DNA from: Antedon mediterranea
Taxonomy: Eukaryota > Animalia > Echinodermata
Assembly (NCBI RefSeq): GCF_964355755.1
Contig: NC_092680.1
Coordinates: 9,858,001 to 9,922,000 of the forward strand
Length of the DNA stretch: 64,000 nucleotides
Direction: 5' to 3'
Position 1 is the stretch's first letter; each line of letters begins with the position of its first letter. The position numbers and the translations under genes are program-made. Of this stretch, positions 61,098 to 64,000 are shown in pieces. A model generated the notes under the pieces. It saw nothing but the letters and a program-made list of their open reading frames with translations. It was not told where the DNA came from and did not search any database.

Positions 61098-62593
61098 TCT
61101 GTTGTCTGTCTTGTTCTTGGTAGCTGTAAAAGGAGATTCAGAAGCTGTCAAAACCGAAGAAAATGAAATTACTTCAGTTTCACGACCTGACGTATCGAAT
61201 GCGTTATCAGCGTAGCCGGCGATATCAAATACAATGTTATTTGGATATCCGACGCGGGCGTATTGTTGTACATCGAAGTTGTGTTGTTACAGGTATCGTA
61301 GCCACGTGTTACATGTGTACTCTGGACACAAACAAATGGAGCATTGTTCGACGCTACAGACGCAATTGAAAAGTGTATATTTTATATCGAGGTCGCAACC
61401 AACCTCACGAAATTTGGGGTGAATATAACTTGTACGGCCAACTACTGTAAAATAAAACGTTTCAAATGCAGTTTAACGATTGATGTACAAAATAATCTTC
61501 CTCGAGTTCTCCATCCTATCATGATGAACTTCGCAGTCTCACCATAGTTCGAGTTTATGTGAGAGACTTTTTAGGTACCAGAAACACTTACATGCCAAAT
61601 TAGTAACATGTTGAATAAAGTCGACTGGTTCCAAAAAATATTAAGTTTTGAATTTTACTAATTGTTTATAATATAATCACATATTTTAAATTAACCTGTG
61701 TGACGTTTCGTGTACAGCCTGTCGACTATTCAAGCTAATGCATAAGAAAACAGAAATCACAACATCAATATAAACTGTGCATGTTGTACACGTTTGCAGG
61801 ACATACTCAATCATTAGCAACAACGGTAGGCCTACTGACGACAAACATTAGTTTAAAGAAGCCAACCGCTGGTCGACGAAAAGTAATTTTGATTTAACAA
61901 AAAAGTAAAACAATCGCCCCTGGTTGAAAAAAATTTACAAAATAAAGCACACGATCAATGATATAAGAAAAAGTAAGAAAGAAAACACCATGTGAGTAAG
62001 CCTAATCAATAGGCATTATTTCGAACATGCAAACGTAGGCCTACTGTAATGCTGTACCTTCAATCTACCAATTAATACTGTCTGCTTCTTTCCTTGATAT
62101 ACCAACATAATAGACTAGACCACTTGGCTTTAATCTAATAAATTTGTTTGACCAAGCAATAGAAGCAGAGTCGGTTAATGCTGATAAAGTACAATAGTAA
62201 AGTAACAATATTATATAACCTAAAGAATGAAATAAAGGAAAGAATCCTTCAATCCCATTAGACCTTTACAAAGATGACACCATAGGTCTATGATACGGTG
62301 TCAATAATAAGCAAGCACAGGTTCCAAAGTTAGTTAAATATCTCCTCATCGTTACCGTTTCTCATGTTCGAGTTTCGGTTGGGCTGACTTTTTCTCATTC
62401 TCCTAGATTTCCTTATCTTATCGTTTCAAATTAATTTAATAAAGTTCAGTATATCACTGGGCGGTTTAGAATTAATGTTCTTTTGTCTGTTGTCTGTATA
62501 TATATATGAAAGTATCTCATCGGAGATCCTGCTTCCAAATCCAAAGGCAAATTACTAAATCAAATGATAAAGTAAAACAGCCAGCAAAAGTTA

Positions 62594-62630
62594 GCAGAGC
62601 TTTCGGGAAACACTAGCCCTTCATCAGTGC
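62594..62630 (-). ncRNA. Minimal type I hammerhead ribozyme in Penelope pLTR
   Basis: GCA-CTGATGA-AGGG-CTAGTGTTT-CCC-GAAA-GC-TC-TGC with intact CUGAUGA/GAAA/UH core. Confidence 0.7.
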
Positions 62631-62810
62631 AAGTGAGGGAATTTGGATAAATTCATAGCATAAGAACTGACAAGTGCTGCCTGGGTGGATAGTAATAAAA
62701 TAAATACAAACAAAAGAGACAGGGTGGTGAAGGGTGGCTGGAGACTGAATAAGAGTAGAAAACAAAGAAGGTAGCTTGGTAGAGATATAAACAATTTTGG
62801 AATGGAACTA

Positions 62811-63019
62811 AAACAAGGCCAACAGCCATAAGTCGCGTGCTCTCAGAAAAAAATGAACTTTCAAAAAGTAATGTACATCAAAACAGTTCAAAAAGTACAG
62901 AAAAGCGATAAAACGCATAGTGATACCGGACCGACAGACAGACCGATAGACCGACAGACCAACCGACAGACCGACCGACCGACATAGTGAACTATTGAGT
63001 CGCGTCCACGCGACTAAAA
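62811..63019. mobile_element. HINE/DINE-like insert in Penelope (same site as 35067-35253)
   Basis: AAACAAGGCCAACAGCCATAAGTCGCGTGC..(GACC/GACA)n..GAGTCGCGTCCACGCGACTAAAA terminal hairpin. Confidence 0.65.
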
Positions 63020-64000
63020 CAGCTAAAATTGGTGGTTAATATTGAAACTTAAATTTCGGTAATCAATTATGGAATAATTTTACCGATCTAGGAGTATGTT
63101 CCTAATGTTAAGTCCAAAAGGTTTTGTGATTTTAAGAAGTAATTCACAGTGGTTTTCTTTGTCTTTGTTTTTTGTCGCTCCATTTGGCATCGTGGTCTAT
63201 TGCAATAACTCTGAAATTTGCAATCGAATTAAAATGTGCGGCTACAGGTTGATCAAGCTTTAATGTTTTGATAGCTGATCTGTGTTGTGTCATTCTCATA
63301 CGGAGAGTGTTTTTTTTTGTTTCCCCGACGTACTGTTTACCACAAATATTACAGTATATGAGATAAATGACGTTTTTGGTTAGACAATTAATTGATTTTC
63401 TTATCCGAAAAATGCAGCCAGTTTCGTTACTCTTAAAATTTCCAGTAGAATCAACCAATGAACAAGTTTTGCAGGATTTGCCGCAAAGGTTACTGCCCAA
63501 ATTTTGGCTGACATGAGAGTTAATTTCACTCTTAAAATTGTATCTGACTTATCACGAAGGGTGGGAGGTCTACGAAATGCAATAATGGGTGGTTCTGGAA
63601 AAACAGTCCTAATAGTCCGGAAGAGTAAAAATTGCCATCCAACTTTTCTAGACTAGAATTTTCCGTAGATTACGAATATTGAAGGTAATCGATCAGGATA
63701 GGAAGCGTTTTCGAGATATAAGGGGTCAATGTTCAAAATTGACCAATTACAACAATGTATTATGTATATGTATTATAACAAATTTATTGAAGCATAATTT
63801 GGTATTCTATTACATTTTTATGATTATAGGTGTCTATTCAATCACCTTATGAAAACTGTTGTGATTAAGGGTCAAATGTCAATATTGACCAATCATAGAA
63901 CCTACCTATAAAACCAAATAAAAACTAAGATTTAACAAAAATTGGATGTTCTCTCATCCTGTTAATCAAACGCAATGTAAAAGAGCGAATACATCATTCC

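Larger units (their letters stand above)
59636..61396 (+). pseudogene. Paralog of the Arg/Tyr-rich secreted protein, disrupted by nested LINEs and deletions
   Basis: MWWVRVV (59636-59656) + LLSVLFLVAVKGDSEAVKTEENEITSVSRPDV (61099-61194) + degenerate repeat RYRSHVLHVY..WSIVRRYRRN*KVYILYRGR. Confidence 0.85.
62535..63612 (-). mobile_element. Penelope-like element, 3' part (GIY-YIG domain + pLTR), same family as 32943-35556
   Basis: CGKSCKTC..NVIYLIYCNICGKQYVGET..RMTQHR; near-identical to 34460-35556. Confidence 0.88.

Overview
AT-rich eukaryotic (invertebrate animal; echinoderm-like is only an impression) genomic DNA dominated by transposable elements, often nested. The one convincing host protein-coding gene is at 40558-43572 (+). 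Its single coding exon encodes a ~1004-aa secreted precursor: signal peptide, short acidic pro-region, protamine-like Arg/Cys tract, then about 11 copies of a ~70-72-aa Arg/Tyr/Trp-rich repeat with almost no acidic residues. I do not recognise this protein. A dead paralog (59636-61396) has the same splice-acceptor/ATG context and is split in its signal peptide by nested LINEs. The 10.3-25.2 kb region is a tandemly duplicated tRNA cluster (intron-containing Tyr-GTA, Glu, Val-TAC, plus pseudogenes) invaded by LINEs, one inserted inside a tRNA-Glu gene. Other elements: an L2/CR1-group LINE whose ORF1 and ORF2 are in frame across a single TGA; two Tx1-clade LINEs with TSDs and a 30-bp Tx1 micro-insertion; Penelope-like elements with minimal hammerhead ribozyme motifs; a ~2x1.4-kb foldback element with a Penelope at its centre; and MULE-, Kolobok-, pogo-, hAT-, Helitron/Helentron- and Crypton-like non-autonomous elements. 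All calls were made by eye with no database searches, so family assignments are motif-based.
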